A DNA stretch of 64,000 nt, from positions 699 to 64,698 of the forward strand of contig CAZNRH010000004.1 in the NCBI GenBank assembly GCA_964575755.1, in the 5' to 3' direction. Of the stretch, positions 37,034 through 46,222 are shown in pieces (position 1 is the first letter of the stretch; each line of letters begins with the position of its first letter). This DNA is from an uncultured Candidatus Saccharibacteria bacterium (GTDB lineage Bacteria > Patescibacteriota > Minisyncoccia > Phycocordibacterales > JABMNX01). The translations under genes and the position numbers were made by a program. Below the pieces are notes generated by a model, which saw only the letters and a list, made by a program, of their open reading frames with translations, did no database searches and was not told where the DNA came from.

Positions 37034-38500
37034 ATGTCCAAACCTTTTTATATAACAACTACACTTCCGTATGTGAATGCGGACCCGCATATTGGTTTTG
37101 CGGTTGAAATTTTGCAAGCGGACGCACTTGCACGTTTCGCGCGTCTTATGGGGCGAGATGTATTTTTCAATACTGGTACTGACGAACACGGTCAGAAGAT
37201 TTGGGATAAGGCAGAAGAGAACAAAGAAGATATTCAAAAGTATGTAGATCGATATGCGCAAGAGGTAATGAAATTAAAAGAAGCACTCAACCTTTCAGTA
37301 GATGCTTTTGTGCGAACTACTGACGAGGCGCACATAAAAGCAGCGCAGGAGTTATGGAAGATATGTGATGCAAACGGCGACATTGAGAAAAAGAAATACA
37401 AAGGACTTTATTGTGTTGGGTGTGAAAAGTATTTGACAGAGAAAGATCTTGAAGACGGGAAGTGTCCACTACATCCAACTCAAGAACCACAGATAATAGA
37501 AGAAGAGAATTATTTCTTTAAACTATCTCGATATCAAAAACAATTAGAAGACTATTTAAGTAAAGAGGGTGTGGTAGTGCCAGAGCATAGACGACTTGAA
37601 GCACTTGAGTTTGTGCGAGGAGGTCTCGAAGATTTTAGTATTTCAAGAGAGAAAGAAAGACTGTCTTGGGGAGTGCCAGTGCCAGGGGATGATGAGCAGG
37701 TTCTTTATGTTTGGTTTGATGCTCTTACTAATTATATTTCAACTCTTGGCTGGAAAGATGATGAGAATGGAAACTTTAAAAAGTATTGGGAAGAGGGCGA
37801 GACGCTTCAAATAGCAGGGAAGGATCAAGTGCGTTTTCAATCTATTATGTGGCAGGCAATGCTCATGTCTGCGGGGATTAAAAATACGGACAAGATTTTC
37901 TATCATGGTTTTATTAACTCAGGTGGGCAGAAGATATCTAAATCTCTTGGTAATGTGATTAGCCCATTTGAGTTGGTAGAGCGATATGGGACTGAAGCTA
38001 CGCGGTTTCTGCTACTTAAGCACGTACACCCAGTTGAAGATACTGATGTTACTTGGGAACGACTCGATGAATGGTATACGGCTGATTTGGTGAATGGATT
38101 AGGTAACCTTGTGTCGCGTGTAATGAAAATGGCTGAAGAACATCTTCCCGAAGCTATTGACCGCACGTGTGTAGAAGAGAAAGGGTTTAATGATGAAAGA
38201 AGTAAGCCTTATAAAGATGGTTATAGTAATTTTGAGTTTCAAAAAACATTAGATCTTATATGGGAGGATATCGCGATAGCAGATAAGCTTATTCAAGAAA
38301 CGCAACCATTTAAATTAATTAAATCTGAGAGTGAGGAGGATAAAAATAAAGCTATTGAAGTAATAGAATTGCTTGTACGAAAATTGGTCGTGATATCTTT
38401 TCACTTACGTCCAATTATTCCAGAGACGAGTAAAAAGATTGAGGAAGCTATTGAAACCAATAAAAAACCTGAGAACTTATTTCCACGGTTAGAAAAATAA
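37034..38500 (+). CDS. metG: Methionine--tRNA ligase (short form)
   Basis: PYVNADPHIGF, GTDEHGQK, YVWFDAL.NY and KISKSLGN motifs. Confidence 0.96.
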   Translation: MSKPFYITTTLPYVNADPHIGFAVEILQADALARFARLMGRDVFFNTGTDEHGQKIWDKAEENKEDIQKYVDRYAQEVMKLKEALNLSVDAFVRTTDEAHIKAAQELWKICDANGDIEKKKYKGLYCVGCEKYLTEKDLEDGKCPLHPTQEPQIIEEENYFFKLSRYQKQLEDYLSKEGVVVPEHRRLEALEFVRGGLEDFSISREKERLSWGVPVPGDDEQVLYVWFDALTNYISTLGWKDDENGNFKKYWEEGETLQIAGKDQVRFQSIMWQAMLMSAGIKNTDKIFYHGFINSGGQKISKSLGNVISPFELVERYGTEATRFLLLKHVHPVEDTDVTWERLDEWYTADLVNGLGNLVSRVMKMAEEHLPEAIDRTCVEEKGFNDERSKPYKDGYSNFEFQKTLDLIWEDIAIADKLIQETQPFKLIKSESEEDKNKAIEVIELLVRKLVVISFHLRPIIPETSKKIEEAIETNKKPENLFPRLEK

Positions 38501-39273
38501 TGCTTGAATATTTTGATTTTCATTCACATATACACTTTGGAAAATTCGATGATGATATCGACGAGGTGTTGGCGCGTATGAGAGAAAAGAAAGTTGGAAC
38601 TATTGTGGTGGGTACTGATATAGAACAATCAAAAAAAGCACTTGCGTTTGCTCAAAAACACGAAGGAGTATTTGCGACTGTTGGACTTCATCCAGCAGAT
38701 AACAAAAAAGAGTCATTTGATGAAGGGATTTATGAAAAACTTCTCTCAGATGAAAATGTGGTCATGGTGGGTGAGTGTGGACTGGACTACTTTCATATTA
38801 AAGACGATACTGAAAGAGCGCGACAGAGAAAGGAGTTTGAAAAGCAGATTGATTTTGCTGTGAAGTATGATAAACCGATGATGTTACATATTCGAGATGC
38901 TCACAAGGAAGGACTCGACATGTTGAAATCAAAGAAAAAAGAATATGGAGATAAATTACGTGGAAACTCACATTTTTTCACTACTTCACCTGAGATTGCG
39001 AAGCGATATTATGAACTTGATTTTACGACATCATTTCCTGGTGTTATTACTTTTACACACGACTACGACGATACGGTGAAATATGCACCAAAAGACATGA
39101 TACTTGCAGAGACCGATTCGCCTTATGCTGCCCCCGTGCCATATAGAGGGAAGAGGGATGAGCCTGTATATGTTATTGAGGTTGTAGAAAAAATGGCGGA
39201 GATTAGGGGTGAGGATGTTGAGGAACTTAAAGTACAACTTATAAAAAATACTTTTCGTATAATACAGAAATAA
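38500..39273 (+). CDS. tatD: TatD family deoxyribonuclease
   Basis: D.HSH, GLHP, GECGLDY, H.RDA and ETDSPY motifs. Confidence 0.95.
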   Translation: MLEYFDFHSHIHFGKFDDDIDEVLARMREKKVGTIVVGTDIEQSKKALAFAQKHEGVFATVGLHPADNKKESFDEGIYEKLLSDENVVMVGECGLDYFHIKDDTERARQRKEFEKQIDFAVKYDKPMMLHIRDAHKEGLDMLKSKKKEYGDKLRGNSHFFTTSPEIAKRYYELDFTTSFPGVITFTHDYDDTVKYAPKDMILAETDSPYAAPVPYRGKRDEPVYVIEVVEKMAEIRGEDVEELKVQLIKNTFRIIQK

Positions 39274-39282
39274 TAATTTTTT

Positions 39283-39852
39283 ATGAAAGAAGAACTTGCA
39301 CATTCGTTTAATATTCATTTAGATACTGAGGTGATTGGTAGATTAAAAAGTGAGCAAGAAAAACTTACTAAACAATTTAAAGAGCGACGGTTTTACGATT
39401 CTTCTCCACATTTAGCTATTGCTACAAAGTTTATGGATAAAGAAACTGCACAAGATTTTGTTCGGGTTTTGGTGGATGAGTTTAAAGATGATGTCCAGTG
39501 GACTTTGGAGTTTAGCGATTTTAGTCTTTCCGATACAAAAGATTATATTTTCTTACATTTAAGTAAAAAGTCACGAAGGCTACTTTTTAAACTTCACGAA
39601 CGAGTATTTAGAGTTACTAAGGATATAGGACTTGAAGAACAAAGTAATAATAAGTTTCGACACTTTGAGTATGACCCACATATATCCATTTTAAAAGTAG
39701 AACCGACCGAAGCTGAAAAAGCACTTAGTCTTATAGAGAAAGATTTTTCTGGAGTAAAAACTCAAGCATTGCAATATGAAATTACTCAACAGACAGACAA
39801 TAAAGAAGGTTTTAGTACATTTCCAGTGATTTATGAGATTAATTTAAAATAG
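39283..39852 (+). CDS. 2H phosphoesterase (2'-5' RNA ligase-like)
   Basis: Two HxT/S-type motifs, PHLAI (degenerate) and PHISI. Confidence 0.7.
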   Translation: MKEELAHSFNIHLDTEVIGRLKSEQEKLTKQFKERRFYDSSPHLAIATKFMDKETAQDFVRVLVDEFKDDVQWTLEFSDFSLSDTKDYIFLHLSKKSRRLLFKLHERVFRVTKDIGLEEQSNNKFRHFEYDPHISILKVEPTEAEKALSLIEKDFSGVKTQALQYEITQQTDNKEGFSTFPVIYEINLK

Positions 39853-39855
39853 CAT

Positions 39856-40776
39856 ATGAGCACTGAACTAAAAGAGAAACTCAATGTAATATCTAGTATT
39901 TTTGATATCAAGAAAGTTCTCTCTATAAATCCAAATAAAGAATATATACAAAAGTATTACAAAATAAACAAGATTCCATATTCTCTTTTTCATACAAAGA
40001 CAGATTTTATACACATGGGTATTAGTCGGAACGGTATCTACAAGGAAGAGGATTTATTAGAATCAGTTCGAATAATCGACACATGTATACATAAAGTTAA
40101 AGCCCAAAATGTTTTAGAGCTTGCTACTGGCAGGGGAGCAAATTCTTTATGGTTAGCTCAAAAAAATAGTTCAGTATCTTTTTATGGGATAGATATATCA
40201 AAATGGCAGTTAGACTTCGCCTTCAAGAAAGCAAAGAAAGTCGCTAATTACCATCCTAGTTTTGGCGATTATCATAATTTAAAACAGTACGGAGATAGTT
40301 TTTTTGATGTTGTATTTGTAGTGGAAGCATTGTGTCATAGTGTCGAGAAGAATAAAGTTATTAATGAAGTACGTAGGGTTTTAAAGCCAGAAGGCTTGTT
40401 TATAATTCTTGATGGGTATTCAGGTCAACGAAGAATGGGTCTAACTGATGATGAAGAGGTTATAGCAAAATTACTCGAACGCGGGATGGCGGTTGAAGAA
40501 TTTGAACAATATTCTACTGTAAAAGAAAAAATATTAGAAGCAGGATTTAAGATAGATTATGAAGAAAATCTTTCTGAACTCATTATCCCTACACTCGTGC
40601 GGTTCGAAAAGAAGGCTGAGAAGCTGTTTAATCATCCAAGATTCGGAAAGATAGTATCGAACATCTTTCCTAAAGAGTTTATGTTTAATACCATTTCAGC
40701 GTACTTGTTTCCTATTCTTATGAAAGATAGGGTGTTTGAATACTGGATAACAGTATCTACCAAGGCAAAATCTTAG
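39856..40776 (+). CDS. Class I SAM-dependent methyltransferase
   Basis: VLELATGRG, GIDIS, FDVVF.VEALCH and RVLKPEG motifs; sterol/tocopherol MTase-like layout. Confidence 0.85.
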   Translation: MSTELKEKLNVISSIFDIKKVLSINPNKEYIQKYYKINKIPYSLFHTKTDFIHMGISRNGIYKEEDLLESVRIIDTCIHKVKAQNVLELATGRGANSLWLAQKNSSVSFYGIDISKWQLDFAFKKAKKVANYHPSFGDYHNLKQYGDSFFDVVFVVEALCHSVEKNKVINEVRRVLKPEGLFIILDGYSGQRRMGLTDDEEVIAKLLERGMAVEEFEQYSTVKEKILEAGFKIDYEENLSELIIPTLVRFEKKAEKLFNHPRFGKIVSNIFPKEFMFNTISAYLFPILMKDRVFEYWITVSTKAKS

Positions 40777-40830
40777 ATTTCTTGCGGTGGTACTTCGCTT
40801 ATGGTAAAGTAGAGCACATTGTAAAGATAT

Positions 40831-41361
40831 ATGACAGAAGTGGAAAAGACAGAAAACATAATAAATGAAGTAGATATTGATATGGACGGGGATATTGATC
40901 CGCGTGTATATGAATTGGGGTACAGTATTATTCCAGCTGTTTCAGAAGAAGAAGCACCAAAAGAGGCTTTGGCTATTAAGGATTTTATTAAGGAGCACGG
41001 CGGTACTGTTATATCAGAAGAAGTTCCAAAACATATCGACCTTGCATATGACATGTTCAGAACTGAAAAGGGAAAGAAAGAAAAGTTTGAGACAGCATAC
41101 TTTGGTGGGATTAAGTTTGAGATGGCGCCATCTGGAGTTATTGAGGTTAAAAACGTTCTTGATATAAACAAAAATATCCTTCGACACATTATCTTTAATA
41201 CAGTGAAAGAAAGTACTCGTTCGGAAATGAGGCTTCCTCAAGTGAGAACTGAACGAAAACATAATGTTGCGCCAAAAACAACTCCTAAAAAAGAAGAATT
41301 AGGCGTTAAGGTATCTGAAAAGGCTCTTGATGAAAGTATTAAAGAGATTGTGGTAGAATAA
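40831..41361 (+). CDS. rpsF: 30S ribosomal protein S6
   Basis: YELG..I.P, LAY and ILRH motifs; rpsF-ssb-rpsR order. Confidence 0.88.
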   Translation: MTEVEKTENIINEVDIDMDGDIDPRVYELGYSIIPAVSEEEAPKEALAIKDFIKEHGGTVISEEVPKHIDLAYDMFRTEKGKKEKFETAYFGGIKFEMAPSGVIEVKNVLDINKNILRHIIFNTVKESTRSEMRLPQVRTERKHNVAPKTTPKKEELGVKVSEKALDESIKEIVVE

Positions 41362-41373
41362 ATCTATATGTAT

Positions 41374-41489
41374 CCCGTTAGAGACCGCGGTCACGTAGGA
41401 TATAATCAAAAATATGAAAATGAGTCGAAAACAAATTTATAAGACAATAATCAGACAAGTTCGCACGACCGCGACCTGTCTCTAATGGG
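41374..41489. mobile_element. MITE-like CCCGTTAGAG element at the ssb start codon
   Basis: 12-bp TIR CCCGTTAGAGAC/GTCTCTAATGGG (1 mismatch); exact ATGTAT direct repeat at 41368-41373 and 41490-41495. Confidence 0.75.
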
Positions 41490-41939
41490 ATGTATTTAAA
41501 CAAAGCTCTTATTATTGGAAATCTGACACGTGACCCTGAGTTGCGTTCACTCCCGTCTGGAATACAGGTAACTAGCTTTAGTGTTGCTACCAACCGTGTT
41601 TGGAAAGATAAAGACGGACAGAAGCAAGAAGCTGTTGAGTATCATAATATTGTGGTATTTGGACGACAAGCAGAGACAAGTGCACAGTACCTAAAGAAAG
41701 GAAGCTCTGTTTTAATTGAAGGGCGACTTCAGACACGAAGCTGGGATGCAGACGGAGTTAAGAAATATCGAACAGAGATAGTTGCTGATAGAGTACAGTT
41801 TGGCTCACGAAACAGTGGTGACACTGGAGGTGGTAATACTACTCCAAAGGCAGATGAAGGTGCTAAACCAACAGAGACAAAAGTGGATGCAATAGAATAT
41901 CCAGAAGAAGATATTAACCCAGACGATATACCATTTTAA
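41490..41939 (+). CDS. ssb: Single-stranded DNA-binding protein
   Basis: LNK..IIGNLTRDPELR, EGRLQTRSW and C-terminal DDIPF. Confidence 0.98.
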   Translation: MYLNKALIIGNLTRDPELRSLPSGIQVTSFSVATNRVWKDKDGQKQEAVEYHNIVVFGRQAETSAQYLKKGSSVLIEGRLQTRSWDADGVKKYRTEIVADRVQFGSRNSGDTGGGNTTPKADEGAKPTETKVDAIEYPEEDINPDDIPF

Positions 41940-41949
41940 TTTAATTACT

Positions 41950-42150
41950 ATGAACACAGACTTTTTTTCAACACATAATATAAAACATATCGACTATCGA
42001 GATATTGATATCTTAAAGCAGTTTTTGAATCCACACGGACGTATTCTTGCACGTAAGAAGACTAACCTAACCGCGAAGCATCAACGCAGAATGGAAGAGG
42101 CTGTAAAGCGCGCTCGTTTTATGGGATTACTTCCTTTTGTATCTAAATAA
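41950..42150 (+). CDS. rpsR: 30S ribosomal protein S18 (no zinc-binding Cys)
   Basis: IDYRD...L..F....G.I..R..T...K.QR....A.KRAR..GLLPF. Confidence 0.95.
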   Translation: MNTDFFSTHNIKHIDYRDIDILKQFLNPHGRILARKKTNLTAKHQRRMEEAVKRARFMGLLPFVSK

Positions 42151-42344
42151 GATAACGAGCGTAGCGACTATATCGAATTTATGTCCCGATTTCTCCTTTT
42201 TTCCTAGGAGAAATTGCTGGACCCGATAAGTTCTAAGTTTTCTATGAATATAAAAAACAGCTCAGGTGACTTAGTTGTTTTTTATTTGGATTTTGAAAAA
42301 GGAAAAACCGCCACGGGTGGCGGTTTTTAAATCGAAAAACATTT

Positions 42345-42662
42345 TTAATGTACTGTGATGTTTGTCGGAATAAGCGAATGTTGCTGTATCTCCTGGTGTG
42401 TTGGCAAATCACATAGTGCGAACATCTGCACACGCTGTCGCACTGGACAATATTCATCGCCGCTAAATTTAACAATGGCATCATATTTTGCCTGCAGTGA
42501 TTCTGATGGAACGAAGCGACCGTCGTCACTTCTTTCGGCGTCTTCTGGTGGGTTTTCATAATAAGCGCTAGATTCCATAAGGAAAGCACTTAGTAGGCTG
42601 CTTTGATACGCTGACAAGTGCGCTGTTGTGGAATCATTTAACGGAATACCAATTTGTGACAT
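42345..42662 (-). CDS. Hypothetical orphan protein
   Basis: 105 aa; AGGAGG upstream; terminator hairpin at 42303-42328. Confidence 0.55.
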   Translation of the reverse strand: MSQIGIPLNDSTTAHLSAYQSSLLSAFLMESSAYYENPPEDAERSDDGRFVPSESLQAKYDAIVKFSGDEYCPVRQRVQMFALCDLPTHQEIQQHSLIPTNITVH

Positions 42663-42711
42663 GACTTGTATCCTCCTGCTGAGTAATTTCTGTACTCAAT
42701 ATAGCAGATTA

Positions 42712-43281
42712 TTATTTCTTTTCAACTCGCTCGACATATTCGCCTGTTTCGGTGTTGATGCGGATTATGTCGCCTTCGTTTATAAAAAAGGGAGTTGATA
42801 CAGTTGTGCCTGTCTCAAGCACAATTACTTTAGAGCCTCCTTGTGCTGTGTTGCCTCTAATTCCTGGTGGTGCTTCTGCGACCTCTAGCTCTATTTTGAT
42901 AGGGAGTGAAATGCCTATGATATCATCGTTGAAGGTGAGTCCTGTCACTTCACTGTTTTCTTTTATATATTCTGAACTACTCCCAACGGTTTCTTTGGAA
43001 AGTTGAAATCTGTCTTTAGGGTTTTGAGGATCAGAGAACCATAACTCGCCTTTGTTTTCGTATAGGTATTTTATGGTTTTCTTGCTGATGTCTGCTTCTT
43101 GTACTTTGTCGGATTGATGAAAAGCTTGTTCTACTACACGTCCATTTATTAGGTTCTTGAGTTTTGTTTGGTTTACTGGTTTTTGGCGGTTTTTCTTTGC
43201 GGTATTAGAAGACATGACCTCATACGGCTCATTTTCTAGAGCTATATATTTCCTTGGGAGTATTTCATTATAGCTAAGCAT
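42712..43281 (-). CDS. efp: Elongation factor P with an atypical tip loop
   Basis: EPY.V, KLKNL..G, PGIRGNTA, LETG....P.FI..GD.I.INT.TGEYVER. Confidence 0.95.
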   Translation of the reverse strand: MLSYNEILPRKYIALENEPYEVMSSNTAKKNRQKPVNQTKLKNLINGRVVEQAFHQSDKVQEADISKKTIKYLYENKGELWFSDPQNPKDRFQLSKETVGSSSEYIKENSEVTGLTFNDDIIGISLPIKIELEVAEAPPGIRGNTAQGGSKVIVLETGTTVSTPFFINEGDIIRINTETGEYVERVEKK

Positions 43282-43452
43282 GGTGGAGGTTAGTATATCC
43301 CATAGAGTGCATTCTGTAAAAACATACGATATATTACAAGAAATAAACTACCCAAATCTGAGTTTTGGACTTTGATATATTGACAATGTGATATATTTGA
43401 TGTATTCTTTTTGTAGTTAAGTTCATGAATTTTAATAAAAAAAGGATGGATT

Positions 43453-43725
43453 ATGAGTGAAGTTACAAAGAAAGAGATTTGCCCTAATTGTCACGGACAG
43501 CGGAAAGTGTGCGGTTTTTGCAGAGGTAAAGGAGAGGTATCAAAACAGGACAGTCTCACAGGTGTTGTAGCTCGTGAAATTGTCACCTCGTGTTACGTAG
43601 ATGAAAATCTCAATGGAGATGATCAGGTTATTGCCGAAACTGTGGAAGACGAATCAGTCAGCATTGGGTGGGAACACAAATCAGGCTTGTATGTATTTGA
43701 AGGCGGAAAATCTGACAGAAAATAA
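43453..43725 (+). CDS. Small orphan protein with a CxxCxG zinc-ribbon pair
   Basis: CPNCHG...CGFCRGKG; TTGACA-17-TATTCT promoter at 43380-43408 and AAGGA upstream. Confidence 0.65.
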   Translation: MSEVTKKEICPNCHGQRKVCGFCRGKGEVSKQDSLTGVVAREIVTSCYVDENLNGDDQVIAETVEDESVSIGWEHKSGLYVFEGGKSDRK

Positions 43726-43821
43726 ATAAGTCACTGTGGAGGTCACTTCTTCAGTGGCTTTTGCATTTGTGTATGTTTTAATGTAAGTTATGTTTAGTTA
43801 GTTTAGACATATACTGAAAGG

Positions 43822-44220
43822 GTGTTAAAAATGTTAAACATTTTTAAATTATTCAATCTTTTTACGGATGTTACAACAGGTACTATGAGGTACTTCAAGC
43901 CGCTTGGAAGCGGTCGATTGGTCTCTGTCCAGGTTTCGGATAAAGACTTGGAAAAGATTTCATTAAATTTCCAAAGGAAGATTGAACCAGCTGATGTTTG
44001 TGACGGCAAGCTTGTAAGCTTAGTCACTGAAGAAGTAAAGCATCGCGGTGGCAAACGTGTTACTTCTCTGGAACTGACTTACGATAGTGCTGAGGCGTTA
44101 CATAAAGTGCTTGGATTAGCACTTAAAGACATGAGGAGACGTCGTTCACGCAGGATAATCGAAAACTTTTTATTGTTTACAGTGTTTGAGACTATGCGAT
44201 CTAAACGAACTCTGTTTTAA
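43822..44220 (+). CDS. Hypothetical protein (start uncertain)
   Basis: 132-aa ORF; no recognisable motif. Confidence 0.5.
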   Translation: MLKMLNIFKLFNLFTDVTTGTMRYFKPLGSGRLVSVQVSDKDLEKISLNFQRKIEPADVCDGKLVSLVTEEVKHRGGKRVTSLELTYDSAEALHKVLGLALKDMRRRRSRRIIENFLLFTVFETMRSKRTLF

Positions 44221-44443
44221 ATTAGCTTGCTCTAATATATAGAGTGCCGTCATCAACCAGTGTGTTGATGAAGGTTTTTCATTTTTTATATAATTTGATT
44301 TGTAACTTTGTGATGGAGGTGGTGGTTACAATAAGTACAGAGGTCGAAAGTGGTATCAGGATAAGATGATGAGTGGGTCGCAGAGGGGTTTTGAGACTTC
44401 TACTGTTCTACTCTGTCTGTCTACTACCATGTATACTGTAATT

Positions 44444-45058
44444 ATGGGATTACTTGATGAACAACAGATATATACAGATACTGGTGATAAAACTGATGAA
44501 GAGATTCTAGCTCTATCTGTGCGAAAGCCTGAGCACTTTAAGATTCTTCTAGAGCGGTATCAGGATGCCTTTTTAAGGAAAGCTATCTCGATTTTAAAAA
44601 ACAAAGAGGATGCTGAAGAGGTTGTCCAAGAGACATTTAGTAAGATTTATATATACGCCGATAGGTTTACTGTGCAAGAAGGGGCTTCGTTTAGCTCGTG
44701 GGGGTACAGGATACTTATGAACACCTCGTTTACAAAGTATCAGAAGCTAAAGAAGGATTGGAATAATTTACAAAAACTTGAGCCTGAGATATATGAGACT
44801 CTTCCTGATACGAAGAGCGAACAGTTTGAGAAATTTGAGATGAGTGATTACGTCGTTTCGATACTGTCAGAATTGCCGGAAAAGTTTGCGCAGATTTTAC
44901 ATAAACATTTTATAGAAGGTAAACCACAGAAGAATATAGCAGAAGAAGAGGGGATTACGGTTGGTGCGGTAAAGACTCGGGTGCATAGGGCAAAAGTTGC
45001 ATTTCGTAAAGAATTGGATAAACAAGCGAAGGATCAAGAAGAGACATTATCAACATAG
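44444..45058 (+). CDS. ECF (sigma-70 group 4) RNA polymerase sigma factor
   Basis: DAEEVVQETF.K, F.SW.YRI..N and IA...G...G.VKTRVHRAK motifs. Confidence 0.92.
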   Translation: MGLLDEQQIYTDTGDKTDEEILALSVRKPEHFKILLERYQDAFLRKAISILKNKEDAEEVVQETFSKIYIYADRFTVQEGASFSSWGYRILMNTSFTKYQKLKKDWNNLQKLEPEIYETLPDTKSEQFEKFEMSDYVVSILSELPEKFAQILHKHFIEGKPQKNIAEEEGITVGAVKTRVHRAKVAFRKELDKQAKDQEETLST

Positions 45059-45068
45059 ATACAAGATT

Positions 45069-45395
45069 ATGACCAAAGAATTAGAACAAAAAATAATGAG
45101 GCAGGTAAGGATGGTGTACTACCTTAAAAAGGTATTTAACCCACTTATGTTTAAGGTGTATGCACTGGCTCTTGCTACTGCAGTAATATCTTCACTTGTT
45201 TCTGTTGCAAATGTGTTTAACAATATGCCGTCACTTCTTGAGTTTAATAGTATGTATCGTTTCACTAATAGTGCTATCTCAAATACAGAGCTTTCTGTAC
45301 AACTTGTACTCGGTGTGGTGGTAGTGGTTATGGTGTTGCTTGTGAAGGATACTATTAAGAACTTTTCTTATTCTGGGAAATTGGTTAGGGGTTAG
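45069..45395 (+). CDS. Small membrane protein downstream of the ECF sigma (candidate anti-sigma)
   Basis: L..KIM..V start followed by two TM segments; gene position. Confidence 0.55.
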   Translation: MTKELEQKIMRQVRMVYYLKKVFNPLMFKVYALALATAVISSLVSVANVFNNMPSLLEFNSMYRFTNSAISNTELSVQLVLGVVVVVMVLLVKDTIKNFSYSGKLVRG

Positions 45396-45403
45396 ATTTT
45401 TTA

Positions 45404-45475
45404 GGGTTGCTTTTGAAATGAAGGACGTCCCTCATTTGGGGTTGGGATAGTGGGTTTGGAGGTCGGGACTCCAAA
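45404..45475. repeat. REP-like palindromes; left direct repeat of the TA module
   Basis: AAATGAAGGACGTCCCTCATTT and TTTGGAGGTCGGGACTCCAAA; 45404-45429 matches 46211-46236 at 24/26. Confidence 0.7.
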
Positions 45476-45519
45476 TTGCTGGAGTTAATATTGAAATTGA
45501 AAGGCCGTATAATAGGGGA

Positions 45520-45555
45520 TTGCATATGTAGCTACATTTTGATAGAATGTAGCTA
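45520..45555 (+). promoter_or_regulatory. hicAB promoter with palindromic operator
   Basis: TTGCAT-17-TAGAAT; perfect palindrome ATGTAGCTACAT at 45526-45537 and a partial copy at 45547-45555. Confidence 0.7.
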
Positions 45556-45578
45556 TTAATAATTAATATATAACTAGT

Positions 45579-45815
45579 ATGACGAAGATAGTTAAAAAGG
45601 TCGAAAAGTTCTTAAAGAATCCAACTTCTACTAAGTATTCAGATTTAGAGAATATATTATTTCATTTTGGATTTGAAAAAATTAATGCGAAAGGGAGTCA
45701 CGTAAAATTTAAACACTCTAAACTCAGACAGGATTTGATAATTCCTATGCATAAGAGAGAGTGTAAAGATTTCTATAAAGAAAAAGCAAAAAAGATAATC
45801 AATAAGATAAAATAA
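45579..45815 (+). CDS. hicA: HicA family toxin (mRNA interferase)
   Basis: L...GF....KGSH.KF.H.....I.P.H pattern. Confidence 0.88.
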   Translation: MTKIVKKVEKFLKNPTSTKYSDLENILFHFGFEKINAKGSHVKFKHSKLRQDLIIPMHKRECKDFYKEKAKKIINKIK

Positions 45816-45835
45816 AAGATAAGATAGAGAAAATT

Positions 45836-46150
45836 ATGAAAAGGATAACATCAAATATAACAGTAAATAATAAGAAATATAATTACAGTCTTGAAGAAAA
45901 AAAGAAAGGTGTGGTTTTTGTTGAATGTAAAGATGCGAATATAGCGCAGGAATTTCTAGCAGAAGACGTTGCTCGTCTTATTATCGACTTGCCAAATTTA
46001 ATAATTGCCGAGAAAGAACATAATAAAAAACAGTCTGAAGTGATACGCTTTAGGGTTTCTTCTACAGACAAAAATAAAATAGAGAAAAAGGCTATTAAGG
46101 AAGGATATAGTTCTGTTTCTGACTATATGCGTAATGTTGTGTTGAGTTAA
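45836..46150 (+). CDS. Putative antitoxin with C-terminal ribbon-helix-helix (HicB-like position)
   Basis: IRFRVS..DK..IEKKA...G..SVSDYMR RHH motif; follows hicA. Confidence 0.75.
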   Translation: MKRITSNITVNNKKYNYSLEEKKKGVVFVECKDANIAQEFLAEDVARLIIDLPNLIIAEKEHNKKQSEVIRFRVSSTDKNKIEKKAIKEGYSSVSDYMRNVVLS

Positions 46151-46222
46151 GTATAGGGTTAATTTTTTATGGCAAAATTTGGCGGTTGAGTAGCCGAATT
46201 TAATTCAATGGGGTTGTTTTTG

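Noticed and set aside
41950-42340. Loss of rplI (L9) after rpsR
   Set aside because: rplI is often unlinked from rpsR; absence cannot be judged from one window.
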